DNA of 64,000 bases from Macrostomum lignano (Eukaryota), in the NCBI GenBank assembly GCA_002269645.1, contig NIVC01002040.1:146251-210250 (forward strand). Reading direction: 5' to 3'. The notes beneath the pieces are model-generated. The model did no database searches and had not been told where the DNA came from. It saw only the letters and a list, made by a program, of their open reading frames with translations. The position numbers and the translations under genes are program-made. Shown piece by piece: positions 48,101 through 61,817 of the stretch; position 1 is the first letter of the stretch, and every line of letters starts with the position of its first letter.

Positions 48101-50510
48101 TTCACTCCCTGACTCTTTAACTTCACTCCCTGACTCTTTAACTTCACTCCCTGACTCTTTAACTTCACTCCCTGACTCTTCTTTAACTTCACTCCCTGAC
48201 TCTTCTTAAACTTCACTCCCTGACTCTTTAACTTCACTCCCTGACTCTTCTTTAACTTCACTCCCTGACTCTTTAACTTCACTCCCTGACTCTTTAACTT
48301 CACTCCCTGACTCTTTAACTTCACTCCCTGACTCTTCTTTAACTTCACTCCCTGACTCTTCTTTAACTTCACTCCCTGACTCTTTAACTTCACTCCCTGA
48401 CTCTTCTTTAAGCTCCCTCTGACTCTCTTCTTTACGCTCCCTCTGACTCTTCTTTAAGCTCCCTCTGACTCTCTTCTTTAAGCTCCCTCTGACTCTTCTT
48501 TAAGCTCCCTCTGACTCTCTTCTTTAAGCTCCCTCTGACTCTTCTTTAAGCTTCCTCTGACTCTCTTCTTTAAGCTCCCTCTGACTCTTCTTTAAGCTCC
48601 CTCTGACTCTCTTCTTTAAGCTCCCTCTGACTCTTCTTTAAGCTCCCTCTGACTCTCTTCTTTAAGCTCCCTCCCTAACTCTTCTTTAAGCTCCCTCTGA
48701 CTCTCTTCTTTAAGCTCCCTCTGACTCTTCTTTAAGCTCCCTCTGACTCTTCTTTAACTTCACTCCCTGACTCCTTTAACTTCACTCCCTGACTCCTCTT
48801 TAACTTCACTCCCTGACTCTTCTTTAACTTCACTCCCTGACTCCTTTAACTTCACTCCCTGACTCTTTAACTTCACTCCCTGACTCTTTAACTTCACTCC
48901 CTGACTCTTTAACTTCACTCCCTGACTCTTCTTTAAATTCACTTCCTGACTCTTCTTTAACTTCACTTCCTGACTCTTTAACTTCACTCCCTGACTCTTT
49001 AACTTCACTCCCTGACTCTTTTAACTTCACTCCCTGACTCTTTAACTTCACTCCCTGACTCTTCTTTAACTTCACTCCCTGACTCTTTAACTTCACTCCC
49101 TGACTCTTCTTTAACTTCACTCCCTGACTCTTTAACTTCACTCCCTGACTCTTTAACTTCACTCCCTGACTCTTTAACTTCACTCCCTGACTCTTTAACT
49201 TCACTCCCTGACTCTTCTTTAACTTCACTCCCTGACTCTTTAACTTCACTCCCTGACTCTTCTTTAACTTCACTCCCTGACTCTTTAACTTCACTCCCTG
49301 ACTCTTTAACTTCACTCCCTGACTCTTCTTTAACTTCACTCCCTGACTCTTCTTTAACTTCACTCCCTGACTCTTTAACTTCACTCCCTGCCTCTCTATT
49401 TAAGCTTCCTCTGACTCTCTTCTTTAAGCTCCCTCTGACTCTTCTTTAAGCTCCCTCTGACTCTCTTCTTTAAGCTCCCTCTGACTCTTCTTTAAGCTTC
49501 CTCTGACTCTCTTCTTTAAGCTCCCTCTGACTCTTCTTTAAGCTCCCTCTGACTCTCTTCTTTAAGCTCCCTCTGACTCTTCTTTAAGCTCCCTCTGACT
49601 CTCTTCTTTAAGCTCCCTCCCTGACTCTTCTTTAACTTCACTCCCTGACTCTTTAACTTCACTCCCTGACTCTTCTTTAACTTCACTCCCTGACTCTTTA
49701 ACTTCACTCCCTGACTCTTCTTTAACTTCACTCCCTGACTCTTTAACTTCACTCCCTGACTCTTTAACTTCACTCCCTGACTCTTCTTTAACTTCACTCC
49801 CTGACTCTTTAACTTCACTCCCTGCCTCTCTATTTAAGCTTCCTCTGACTCTCTTCTTTAAGCTCCCTCTGACTCTTCTTTAAGCTCCCTCTGACTCTCT
49901 TCTTTAAGCTCCCTCTGACTCTTCTTTAAGCTTCCTCTGACTCTCTTCTTTAAGCTCCCTCTGACTCTTCTTTAAGCTCCCTCTGACTCTCTTCTTTAAG
50001 CTCCCTCTGACTCTTCTTTAAGCTCCCTCTGACTCTCTTCTTTAAGCTCCCTCCCTAACTCTTCTTTAAGCTCCCTCTGACTCTTCTTTAACTTCACTCC
50101 CTGACTCCTCTTTAACTTCACTCCCTGACTCTTCTTTAACTTCACTCCCTGACTCCTTTAACTTCACTCCCTGACTCTTTAACTTCACTCCCTGACTCTT
50201 TAACTTCACTCCCTGACTCTTTAACTTCACTTCCTGACTCTTTAACTTCACTCCCTGACTCTTTAACTTCACTCCCTGACTCTTTAACTTCACTCCCTGA
50301 CTCTTTAACTTCACTCCCTGACTCTTCTTTAACTTCACTCCCTGACTCTTCTTTAACTTCACTTCCTGACTCTTTAACTTCACTCCCTGACTCTTCTTTA
50401 ACTTCACTTCCTGACTCTTTAACTTCACTCCCTGACTCTTTAACTTCACTCCCTGACTCTTTAACTTCACTCCTTGACTCTTTAAGTTTCCTCCCTGACT
50501 CTTATCTTAA
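45195..50510. repeat. 5.3-kb CT-rich compound satellite of alternating blocks: A (AAGCTCCCTCTGACTCT(CT)TCTTT, 22/24 bp) and B (AACTTCACTCCCTGACTCT(TCT)TT, 21/24 bp)
   Basis: Alternating blocks; rare variants recur exactly 3094 bp apart. Confidence 0.97.
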
Positions 50511-50971
50511 CTTAGAGCTGACGTCAGAAGATCCAAATCCATAATAACGCAGTTCCTGTCCAGAATTTCAGGCAAATTGCCTATTTAAATAAATTACTTT
50601 GCTTATTCTTTTTTATAATAGTTTCTATTATTACTCGTATAATAATTGGTCTAAGCAATAAACATGGGCTCAGTAATTGGGGCCAGTTGTCAAAAAGCAT
50701 CAGCTATTAAGCCAGTGCGGCTGTTTGCGACCCTAGAAATTAAATACTTGCCCAGAATCACCCAACTGAAAATGTCGCCTTCGTCATCAAAACGGTCTTT
50801 TCATTTGTGTTCCGGCTTGACACCTGCAAACTGCCTGGCTTATGGCTGAGTTTTTGGTTAATTTTTGTAACGCAGATATACTTGCATTTTTGCTAGAAAA
50901 AAAACTGCTTCAAACTACTCGTACGAGTACATGCCTACATAGATAGTAGTGTGTAAGCAGAATGAGGCAAG

Positions 50972-51040
50972 ATAGATAGATAGATAGCTAGTGGATAGAT
51001 AGATAGATAGATAGATAGATGCATAGATAGATAGCTAGTG

Positions 51041-51137
<97 letters not shown>

Positions 51138-51139
51138 TG

Positions 51140-51170
<31 letters not shown>

Positions 51171-51172
51171 GC

Positions 51173-51210
<38 letters not shown>

Positions 51211-51214
51211 GGAC

Positions 51215-51276
<62 letters not shown>

Positions 51277-51277
51277 G

Positions 51278-51334
<57 letters not shown>

Positions 51335-51358
51335 GGACAGATAGATAGATAGATAGAC

Positions 51359-51393
<35 letters not shown>

Positions 51394-51428
51394 CAAACAA
51401 GTAGATAGATAGATAGATAGATAGATAG
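50972..51428. repeat. Interrupted (GATA)n microsatellite
   Basis: GATA runs with GCTAGTG/GCATA/GACA interruptions. Confidence 0.97.
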
Positions 51429-52319
51429 TTGCCACGCGTGCTCAGCAATCGCACCCCTCCAGCAGCCTCATCGAATGCCGACAAGCACTTCGCAGCCTCT
51501 TCACCCGCGCATCGAAGAGCCCTCCCGGATGCAGAGCCGGAACTATCGCCTTACAAGTGCCCTAGCAGACAAATGGAAAGAATATTGGAGCCATGCAGTG
51601 GAAGCTGGCACTGGCTGCAGGTGAGCAAAGCAGATTGGTCCCATCTCAAGAGAGCTCGCAGAGCTTCATCATGTCGGCCTTCTTCTATCCTTAGAGTGCC
51701 AATTAGCTGCTGCTGCAGAAGCAGACGGTTGAGCATCCTTTCCCGTCTTCCCTATTCTCAGCCGAATGGGTTCACGCAACACCCCCCGTTGCGACCTCCC
51801 CCATCAACTGAAATCTCGGCAATACCTGAGACTTGGCTGGATCTGTGCCCATATGGTCCCGATATTTCAAATCCAAGTATAAACACGCCACAGCCACACA
51901 CAGAAGCCGCAGCCTATTTTCATCTAGGATACGCCTTTCAAACTTGATAATCCTTTGTAGATCCTGTTGCGTGATTGATGCGCAGACTGTGGAGTCTGGA
52001 CTGGCTATAATAAGGCCCTCGTAGGGATAGTTCAGCGGCAGCTGCGTAGCTGCAACGCGCCTGTTTGTCTCCCACAGCATTCCAGCCATGGGGTTTTCCT
52101 AATTCAACTCGGCGGGGTTCCCTGGGCATTATTATTAATTATTAGGGATAATTATAGCTGTAACTATACTTTGATTGTTGAATATGCTATTGTAATTGAT
52201 TTTGTTTGCGTGTGGATTGTTCGATTCAAATTTAGTTTAAAGATTATTTCAAGAAGTGTTGATGCACATGGGAGTGTAGGAGGCAAGATATTAATGCCAG
52301 GCAGGGTCAGGGATGATTA

Positions 52320-53095
52320 AAAATGTAGAGAGCAGAGTGGAAGGTGGACAGAATGATAGATTGCAGAGTAGAGTAAATATAGAATGGTAGATAGAAGAGT
52401 AGAGTAGATTGTAGATATAATCGTAGATAGCAAAGAAGACTCTAGATATGATGGTAGCTAGTAGATTTTTGAGTAGAGTGTAGATAGAATGGTAGATTGT
52501 TGAGTAGAGTGTAGATAGAATGGTAGATATTAGAGTAGAGTGTAGATAGAATGGTAGATAGCAGAGTAGAGTGTAGTTAGAATGGTAGATCGAAGAGTAG
52601 AGTATAGATAGAATGGTAGATTGCAGAGTAAACTCTAGATATGATGGTAGATCGTTAAGTAGAGTGTAGATAGAATGGTAGATCGTTGAGTAGAGTGTAG
52701 ATAGAATTTTAGATCGCAAAGTAGAGTGTAGATAGAATGTTAGCTCGGTCGCAAAGTAGAGTGTATATAGAATGGTAGATCGTAGAGTAGAGTGTAGATA
52801 AAGTGGTAGATATTAGAGTAGAGTGTAGATAGAATGGTAGATAGCAGAGTAGAGTGTAGATAGAATGGTAGATAGCAGAGTAGAGTGTAGATAGAATGGT
52901 AGATATTAGAGTAGAGTGTAGATAGAATGGTAGATAGCAGAGTAGAGTGTAGAAAGAATGGTAGATCGCAGAGTAGAGTGTATATAGAATGGTAGATCGT
53001 AGATTAAAGTGTTAATAGAATGGTAGATCGCAAAGTAGAGTGTAGATAGAATGGTAGATTGTAGAGTAGAGTGTAGATAGGAGAGTAGAAGGAAT
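52320..53095. repeat. 31-bp minisatellite (AGAGTAGAGTGTAGATAGAATGGTAGATAGC)n
   Basis: Period 31 (52815 to 52846), degenerate leftwards. Confidence 0.9.
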
Positions 53096-54029
53096 CTAGT
53101 ATGTAGTTTATTTTCAAACAGGGTGACGTAAACAGTTTGAGCTGGAATTTTTGGTTTCATGTCGTAATTTTTCTTCATTTACTTTTCTGTTGAAGTAAAT
53201 AAAACCTCCACGAAGGTTAAGCAGAGTTGGCAGCGGTTAGTGCAGTTGCATGAACAAATACTAAAAGATATGCTGCTTGCGTCACTCATCAAGGCAAGGC
53301 AGCACTCTCAGTACCTGTGCAGTTCGCCTACTCGAGATCGCAATCTCTGACCATCTCTTTCTGACTCCTCACACTCTGCTTGAAACGAAATCTTTGTCTT
53401 TATATAACAACTGTTGAGCAGTGTAATTACTATGCTCAAATCCCCGTAGTCTTTAGTTGGTGCCGCGTTTTGTCTTTCACAAATATTAATAATTACTGGC
53501 CGTTATAAGTCAGTCTTATTGCAGAGGCCACTGAGCTATAATTGGCTGTTTCAGGTTCAGCTTTTCTGCAGTAGAGTTTTTTCTCGCAGGAAAACAACTC
53601 ACTCTTGTGTGAGGCTGACTATCGATTCCCACGCAGTGTCCGGCTAAAAACCGCCCGACTCTCTCTCTCTCGGGTCTTTATCTCGCGGCTGCGTGAATAG
53701 GCTAAGACTGAGAACTAAAAAACACCCTGGGGGGGGGAGGGGTGGTGGGCTTCCGCCATCGCAATTCCAACAATTATAGGCAATCTGGTCTTTGAGCTCG
53801 CGGCTGAAGCCGGCCTTCCACCACCTGCTGGTACGCGCTTTCACTTTTCTCGCTCTCGTTGAAGCTCTGCATGGGTTCGTTGAGCCGTTGGGGGAATTAA
53901 GCTGCATGTGCTGCTGAGTCCTGCTGAGATCGTTTCAGCTTGAGTAGACATTTTTATAAAAGAAAAGTTAAACATTTTTTGTAATGAAAGAGAAACTCAT
54001 TGTGCATTGAAGGATGAACGGGTTTAGAG

Positions 54030-54675
54030 AATGGATTGCTAATGTAGCCAAGGTGTGAAGGAATTAAATGGATTGCTAATCTAGCCAATTTATGATGAAA
54101 TAGAATGGATTGCTAATCTAGCCAATTTATGAAGTAATAGAATGGATTGCTAATCTAGCCAATTTATGAAGGAATAGAATGGATTGCTAATCTAGCCAAT
54201 TTATGAAGGAATAGAATGGATTGCTAATCTAGCCAATCTATGAAGGAATAGAATGGATTGCTAATCTAGCCAATTTATGAAGGAATAGAATGGATTGCTA
54301 ATCTAGCCAATCTATGAAGGAATAGAATGGATTGCTAATCTAGCCAATTTATGAAGGAATAGAATGGATTGCTAATCTAGCCAATTTATGAAGTAATAGA
54401 ATGGACTGCTAATCTAGCCAATTTATGATGGAATAGAATGGATTGCTAATCTAGCCAATTTATGAAGGAATAGAATGGATTGCTAATCTAGCCAATTTAT
54501 GAAGGAATTAAATGGATTGCTAATCTAGCCAATTTATGAAGGAATAGAATGGATTGCTAATCTAGCCAATTTATGAAGGAATGGAATGGATTGCTAATCT
54601 AGCCAATGTGTGAAGGAATGGAATGGGTTGCTAATCTAGCCGATGTGTGAAGGAATGGAATGGATTGCTAATCTA
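54030..54675. repeat. 37-bp minisatellite (AATGGATTGCTAATCTAGCCAATTTATGAAGGAATAG)n, ~17 units
   Basis: Tandem units without unique spacers. Confidence 0.95.
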
Positions 54676-54989
54676 GTACGAGTGAATATTAGTAATAACA
54701 TAATGGTTGCTAATCTATGATTCAAAAAACTCTCCAAGCGAACCCTGTCCCTCGTTACAAGTAAAATGGCGGCACACCTGGCTGCAATTATAAGAAGAAG
54801 AAGCTGTAAGAAGTCGTGCGCAAATTGTGGGGCACCAGCTGCGGGAACAGAGCGGGATGGCCTGAATAATCTGTGGGCGAACTGTTGGTTCCCCGGGTTT
54901 TATGATGCGAAATTTTTTGCACGTGAAACAAGCCGTGACGGTGAACGGTCGGATGAAATGAAACGAATTTCATTTTAATGATAATAAAT

Positions 54990-55970
<981 letters not shown>

Positions 55971-56184
55971 ATCTCGTCTAGAAGTATACAACTGTCTATT
56001 TCTGTTCACAAATCACAAATGGCCAGTATGCAGTCACATCAAGCAAAAACTGAGGCCCAACGGTCCTGAGAAAAACAAAAAACGAACTAGCGTCCAATGT
56101 TGCCGAAATCTCGACTGCTTTGGACGGCCCCCAGCCTTGTCTATTGTATAATAATTGTTCCTTAATCTCTCTCTGTCGCCCCAG

Positions 56185-56427
56185 CTTTCCCAGCGAGTGC
56201 CTTGGCGCACCTGGCGTTGGCATAATTAAGATAAAAAACGACGGTAGGTAAGGCTGCAATTATTAGTCAACTACAATTTCTGCAGCCCCCAGGCTACGCC
56301 TGAGTCTTCAGCGCCTTTCTCTGTCTCCAGTCAGGGCTGTCCATATGGAGAGGATGGAGGCCATGCAACACATGAAGCGAACGCAGTTTACATTTACAAC
56401 CAAACTTTTCTTCGCACAGCTAAATAA
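56185..56427 (+). CDS. Candidate last two exons of an unidentified gene (56185-56247, 56331-56427)
   Basis: Pyrimidine-rich acceptors (ctctctgtcgccccag; ctttctctgtctccag), donor ag|gtaagg, 83-nt intron, phase-consistent peptide FPSECLGAPGVGIIKIKNDGSQGCPYGEDGGHATHEANAVYIYNQTFLRTAK*, stop overlapping AATAAA. No homology recognised. Confidence 0.3.
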
Positions 56428-56560
56428 AGATGCAGTTTTGACATCTAGAGCAGTTTTTGAGCCCTATACTGGCCCCGCAGTCAATGCAGGAGGTGCTGCT
56501 GCTGACGCCGGGGTCTCAGATTCGGTCCAAGCTTTTGAGGCGTGCTCTGAGTTGTGCTAG

Positions 56561-57353
56561 GTTGTTGTTGTTGTTGTTGTCGTTGTTTTTTTTAATATTG
56601 TTGTTATTATTGCTTTTTTGCTGATGTGCGGCCTGAGCGGAGTTGGGCGAGCAGCTTTTGATCAGCCCGCGAGGTGATGGCCTCGCGGTCGTGGGCGGCT
56701 GAGACGTACTGCGGTAGGCCTCCCGGATGCGCTCATGGGCCGCCGGTGGGTCGCAGAGAACTCTTCCGCCGACTTTGGCCAGGTGGTCGGCGTGCTCGTT
56801 GCCGGGGATGCCGCAGTGGCTGGGCACCCATTGGACGATGGTATCCACGTTCATCAGGTCCAGCGCGTGCATTTTGTGGTTGATACCGCGGTTGTTGGCG
56901 GCGAGCGCGTCGATAAGGCTGGGGCTGTCCGAGCAGATGACCAAAGACGGTGGGGGAGGGGGGGTTGCTGCCTCTCGCTTGCACCCATTCACTCGCTTGC
57001 GACCTGCGACCTCCCCGTCAAAGCTGGACGTGATGGACGAGCCGCGGCGGGCGTGGCCTCCGGCAATCTTAACCCCGGTCGCGGAGCGTCGGTATAAATT
57101 GTCCAGGCCGGTGGGGGCAGCGAAGCAGCGAGCTCCCGGATGCGGTCGATAGCGGCGCTGCGGAAGAGGTCGGGTTCGGCGGGAGGATGCGGCAGAATCT
57201 GCGGAGGCATCGGGGAGGCTGGGAGGGAGTGGAGCGCTCGGCGGGAAAAAAGGCTGGCGGTGATCGAGGTTGGACTGCAGGAGACTTCGCTGAGCTGCGA
57301 AGCCGCGAGCCGGCGGACGAGGCGGTGGGTGGTGGTCCCACGGCACCGGCCTC

Positions 57354-57384
<31 letters not shown>

Positions 57385-57473
57385 TGGGTTGGGGTCCACA
57401 GCCAGGGGTGCCCTCGAGTAGAATCTGGGGCTTGAGGCCAACATCTTATTGTTGTTGTTGTTTTTGTTGTTGT
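56561..57473 (-). mobile_element. Truncated non-LTR retrotransposon fragment encoding an RNase H domain, bounded by (AAC)n-rich tracts
   Basis: WTIYTD(G)SATGVKIAGG (1-nt frameshift near 57088), VICSDSPSLIDAL and VQWVPSHCGIPGNEHADHLAKVG are RNase H motifs of LINE type; (AAC)n/A-rich tail 56561-56615; GC- and CpG-rich. Confidence 0.8.
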
Positions 57474-58516
57474 CATGGTCGCTGATGTTGTTTCTATTGT
57501 TGATGCTATTAATGCCAGATTGTTTTCACTATTCATACGAAACCCAAGAACGAATTTCTTGGCCGAACTCCAAGCGGCAGAAGCTGGAGTTCTCTGCACT
57601 CATTCGCTCTCGCTCGGGTTTGTAGTCAAGCCTCAAGCAGACTTTCTACTGTCTGTCTGTCTGCCTGTCTGTTTTGAACTCAATAGCCCGGAATCACCCC
57701 CGAAACCCCAACTTGACTCAATTCAAATTTCAATCAGGGAGAACACAACTGTTATCCAATTCTTTGTTCCCTCGATAACAGCAGCGTTGTCAAGGTAAAT
57801 GCGTTTTGGCCTCATTACAGAAAAAGACTTCGGCTTGACCAACAGACTGTGCGTTTATGATAGAATATTGAGACTGGCTGCTCCAGTGAGCAAATCCGGC
57901 TTTATATTTCATAAGGATGGACCGGGCAGCCAGCCCTCCTGACCCCCATTGTAGCACGTGTCTCCAACCAGATTTTCCCCGCGACAATTCGCCAGTTGGA
58001 AGGCCCAGGGGGAGCGGAGAGTGGATAAGTGGAAGAATATAAGTAAGACGGGGGGCTTCGGTACAATCCCAATATTTCTGCTTCAGCGAGCCTATTTGGG
58101 GGTTTAGGGGAGAATCAGGGGGCAAAGGAGGCGGTTAAGAAGGCCGGCAGCCGCCCATGGCCATGAGTATAATTTGAGACAATTTCAACTCGCTTGATTT
58201 CATTTGTGCCCTCCCCTTTTGCTATACCTTCCCTGAGGGTCGGCAGGAAGCTTGGATTTGAGCTTGGTCCCCCTTCACCCAAACTCGGATTCCCGTGATT
58301 TTTTCTTACAGCGCTGGAAGGAATAAACGAATTGTCACCTTTTAATTCCGGCACTGCGCTGAAGTGATAGTTGCTTGAGCAGATGAGTGTTGAGCACGAT
58401 CAGGTTAATAGGGGCCTTTTATTGGCGCAAAGGGGTGCGAATTTCGTCTGATAGGGACTCAAATTGATGACAAATATTGGGATGCTTTTTAAGTGATTAA
58501 GGGATGGCGAGGACAT

Positions 58517-58772
<256 letters not shown>

Positions 58773-60277
58773 ACAGGAAAAAGAGAAAAGTTGAAAGTTG
58801 AACAAAGCGAGTTTATTTGCCGATTGTGTTAGGATAGACAAAGGAAATGATGCAGCGGAGATTCTGAGCTTGAGCATAAAGCAATTCAGCGGGCTGGAAC
58901 GACACTCTCTCTGATATATTTACAATCTTACTTCGGTTTTAAACTGACTGACTCGCGTTATCTAAAGAATTTCTTAGCGTAATTTCTTCCATAAAGTCTT
59001 CAACAGAGATCGAGGCTGCTCGCCCTTCTGCTGTGTGATTTACAACCCTTGGTTGAGGGAAAGAGCTGCTCAATGATCTGTCTTGGTCTACTCTGTAGAT
59101 TTCTTCTGCTTCACACAGAAAGAAAGATATTTATGGCTCGAAATTTCGAAACGAAACTTTGAATTTATAGCCATTTTTATTATTGCAATTTTTGTAACTA
59201 TATAGTTTTAACAGGTGACAAAAAAAACAGATTTATTTACACATCGTGTGTGTAAACTTGTAAAGCGAATGATTAATATAAACAAATAAATAAATAAACA
59301 TATTTATATATAGCATCTATCTATGCAAACTTTAGGGTTTCAGAAAATATTCATTTTCCACGTTAATGACAGAAAAGTGAAATTGTACTCGCTGAGATAT
59401 GAAATTATTTTTATGTACAAGTATGATGCAATGCTAGCAGATTATAATCGAATAAAATGTAACAGTAGGATCACAAAAAAGCTGGACAGACACACAAACC
59501 AGATGAAGCATCTTTATGCAAAATCATTGGCCAGGGAGCCACCGAGGGTCTAGCTAGGGGTTGGTGAGGTCACTTGCCGTAATCAAGTTATCGATGGTGT
59601 CTTTCTTTAATTTTGGCACCAAAACAACAAAGAGATTGGCAATAACACCTCAGTCTACAGATAAGCACTAATCTTTAATCTGGATTTATTGTGTAAACAA
59701 TTTGTGGTATGCAAGGAATCATCAAGGACCAACTAAATAGGACTCTAGGAGTTTATGGGACACATTTGTTTCTTAACAAACTTTTGAAGGCTCGACTTGC
59801 ATTTTTTCTTTTCGATTTTTCAGCTCAAAATTAATAACAGTATTTGATGAAGCAATGATTAACAATAAGGTATAGTGTGAGGTAATCATTAAAAATATTA
59901 TTTTTTATAAGCTGATAAAATTGGCCGACAAGACAACTAGAAAAAAACAACACAAATCAAGCTGACTATTGCAATCAAGAGAAAAGTAAAAAGTTGATTA
60001 TTGAAGGAAAAGAATCCTATATAGTTGGTCCTTGATGAAGATTGATGAAGGGTAGGGCTAGGATTAGCTCAAGGGGGTACCTCGTCTCCCCTACTCTCTT
60101 ATCTCATCTCTCATCTCTCATCTTCTTTCCTCTCTCATCTGGCCCGCGGATTCTTTATTTGGCCCTTGAGGTAAAAGTCTGCCAACTTCCTGGGTCAGAT
60201 GAAGCGGCAGATGAAGAGCGGAGGCCAGCTTCAAATCTCCCACGCACACAGAGTCGCATTTTCAAGAATCTCAAAGG

Positions 60278-60619
60278 TCAGGAGCTCTGCAGCACGTAGT
60301 TGAGGTACATGATGTAGCAGATGGCCAGCCGCAGTATTTCAATCTTGGACAGCTTCTTCTCCGGCGCAGGGTTGGCAGCAGCTTGCGCAGCTCGGTGAAC
60401 GCCGCGTTGAACGCCTCGACCCGGACTCGCTCCCTGGCGGCGTGCGCCGTCCGGTACTTGACGGTGGCTCGGCGACGCCTGCGACGCTCCTCGCGAGTCA
60501 GGTGCACCCACTCCGTGGCCTCGTCGATTGAGCAGCACTCGGACGATTGCGTTGAAGATACCGGGCGATTGCGTTGCTGCTGCTGCTGCTGCTGCTGCGA
60601 TTTTTGAGACTGCAGCGAC

Positions 60620-60654
<35 letters not shown>

Positions 60655-60996
60655 AGGCTGCATGAGCCCCGGCTGCTGCATCTCCATCATCCGGTCGGTG
60701 CCCCCGCTGCTATTGAAATCGACAGCCGAAGTCAGGCACTGCTTCTGCGACTGCATCTGGAAGGTGGAAGGGTTGTAAAATCCGCTGCCGCCGCAGTCGA
60801 TGCCATCGGTGCTGCTGCCGCCGCTGCAGCTGCTGTTGCTGAGCTTGTCGGAGAAGCTCCTGTTCATGAGGTTCTGCTGGTACTGATGATCCTGCTGCTG
60901 CTGCTGCTGCTGCAGATGGTACTGCAGGTTCTGCTGATGAGCGTCGCTTAGATAGGCCGGATGGTCAGAGGGCATGTCCTGCAGCTTCTGCTTCAT
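60278..60996 (-). CDS. NSCL: NSCL/NHLH (HEN)-family bHLH transcription factor with polyQ/polyP N-terminus; 1-nt deletion at ~60366 splits the bHLH in this sequence
   Basis: RRRRRRATVKYRTAHAARERVRVEAFNAAFTELRKLLPTL in one frame, then PEKKLSKIEILRLAICYIMYLNYVL in another; together they give the NHLH1/2 bHLH. First in-exon ATG at 60996; acceptor tttccag at 61045. Confidence 0.9.
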
Positions 60997-61124
60997 CAGC
61001 ACCGGGTTTGACTCGGGTCCAGGCGCATTGCCGATTGCGGGCTTCTGGAAATTGAAACATCGCATACTATATAGTTCTTCGTGCTCTATGCGGCATTGCG
61101 GCTGGGTTTATAACTCTCTTCTCA

Positions 61125-61817
61125 GATCCTTGATTGCTGGGCCAGCCTCCCAGATTCTCATTTGGTTGGCCAAAGCCTCCCAGAGTGTCAGTTTCTGGAC
61201 CACAGACTCCCAGATCCTCGGTTTCTGGACAACAGCCTCCCAGATCCTCAGCTTCTGGGCCAGCCTCCCAGATCCTCAGTTGCTGGGCCAGCCTCCCAGA
61301 TCCTCAGTTGCTGGGCCAGCCTCCCAGATCCTCAGTTGCTGGGCCACAGCCTCCCCCATCCTCAGTTGCTGGATCAGCCTCCCAAATCCTCAGTTGCTGG
61401 GCCGGCCTCCCAGATCCTCAGTTGCTGGCCAGCCTCCCAAATCCTCAGTTGCTGAGCTAGCCTTCCAGATCCTCAGTTGCGGAGCCAGCCTCCCAGAGTG
61501 TCAGTTGCTGAGCCAGCCTCTCAGATCCTCAATTGCTGGGCCGGCCTTCCAGAGTGTCAGTTGCTGGGCCAGCCTCCCAGAGTGTCAGTTGCTGGGCCAG
61601 CCTCCCAGATCCTCAGTTGCTGGGCCACAGCCTCCAGATCCTCAGTTGCTGGGCCAGCCTCCCAGATCCTCAGTTGCTGGGCCACAGCCTCCCAGATCCT
61701 CAGTTGCTGGCCAGCCTCCCAGATCCTCAGTTGCTGGGCCACAGCCTCCCAGATCCTCAGTTGCTGGGCCACAGCCTCCCAGATCCTCAGTTGCTGGGCC
61801 ACAGCCTCCCAGATCCC
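61125..61817. repeat. ~30-33-bp minisatellite (CAGCCTCCCAGATCCTCAGTTGCTGGGCCA)n, left array
   Basis: Tandem units within the predicted NSCL 5'UTR intron. Confidence 0.93.

Noticed and set aside
45666-50470. Multiple KLKSQGV / ESGSEVK repeat ORFs
   Set aside because: Translations of the 21/24-bp satellite; starts are non-ATG and there is no unique coding sequence.
54766-54978. ORF with CANCG...RDG...WANC resembling a GATA zinc finger
   Set aside because: Third Cys absent, spacing is 15 rather than 17, no conserved LWRR or basic tail; probably chance.
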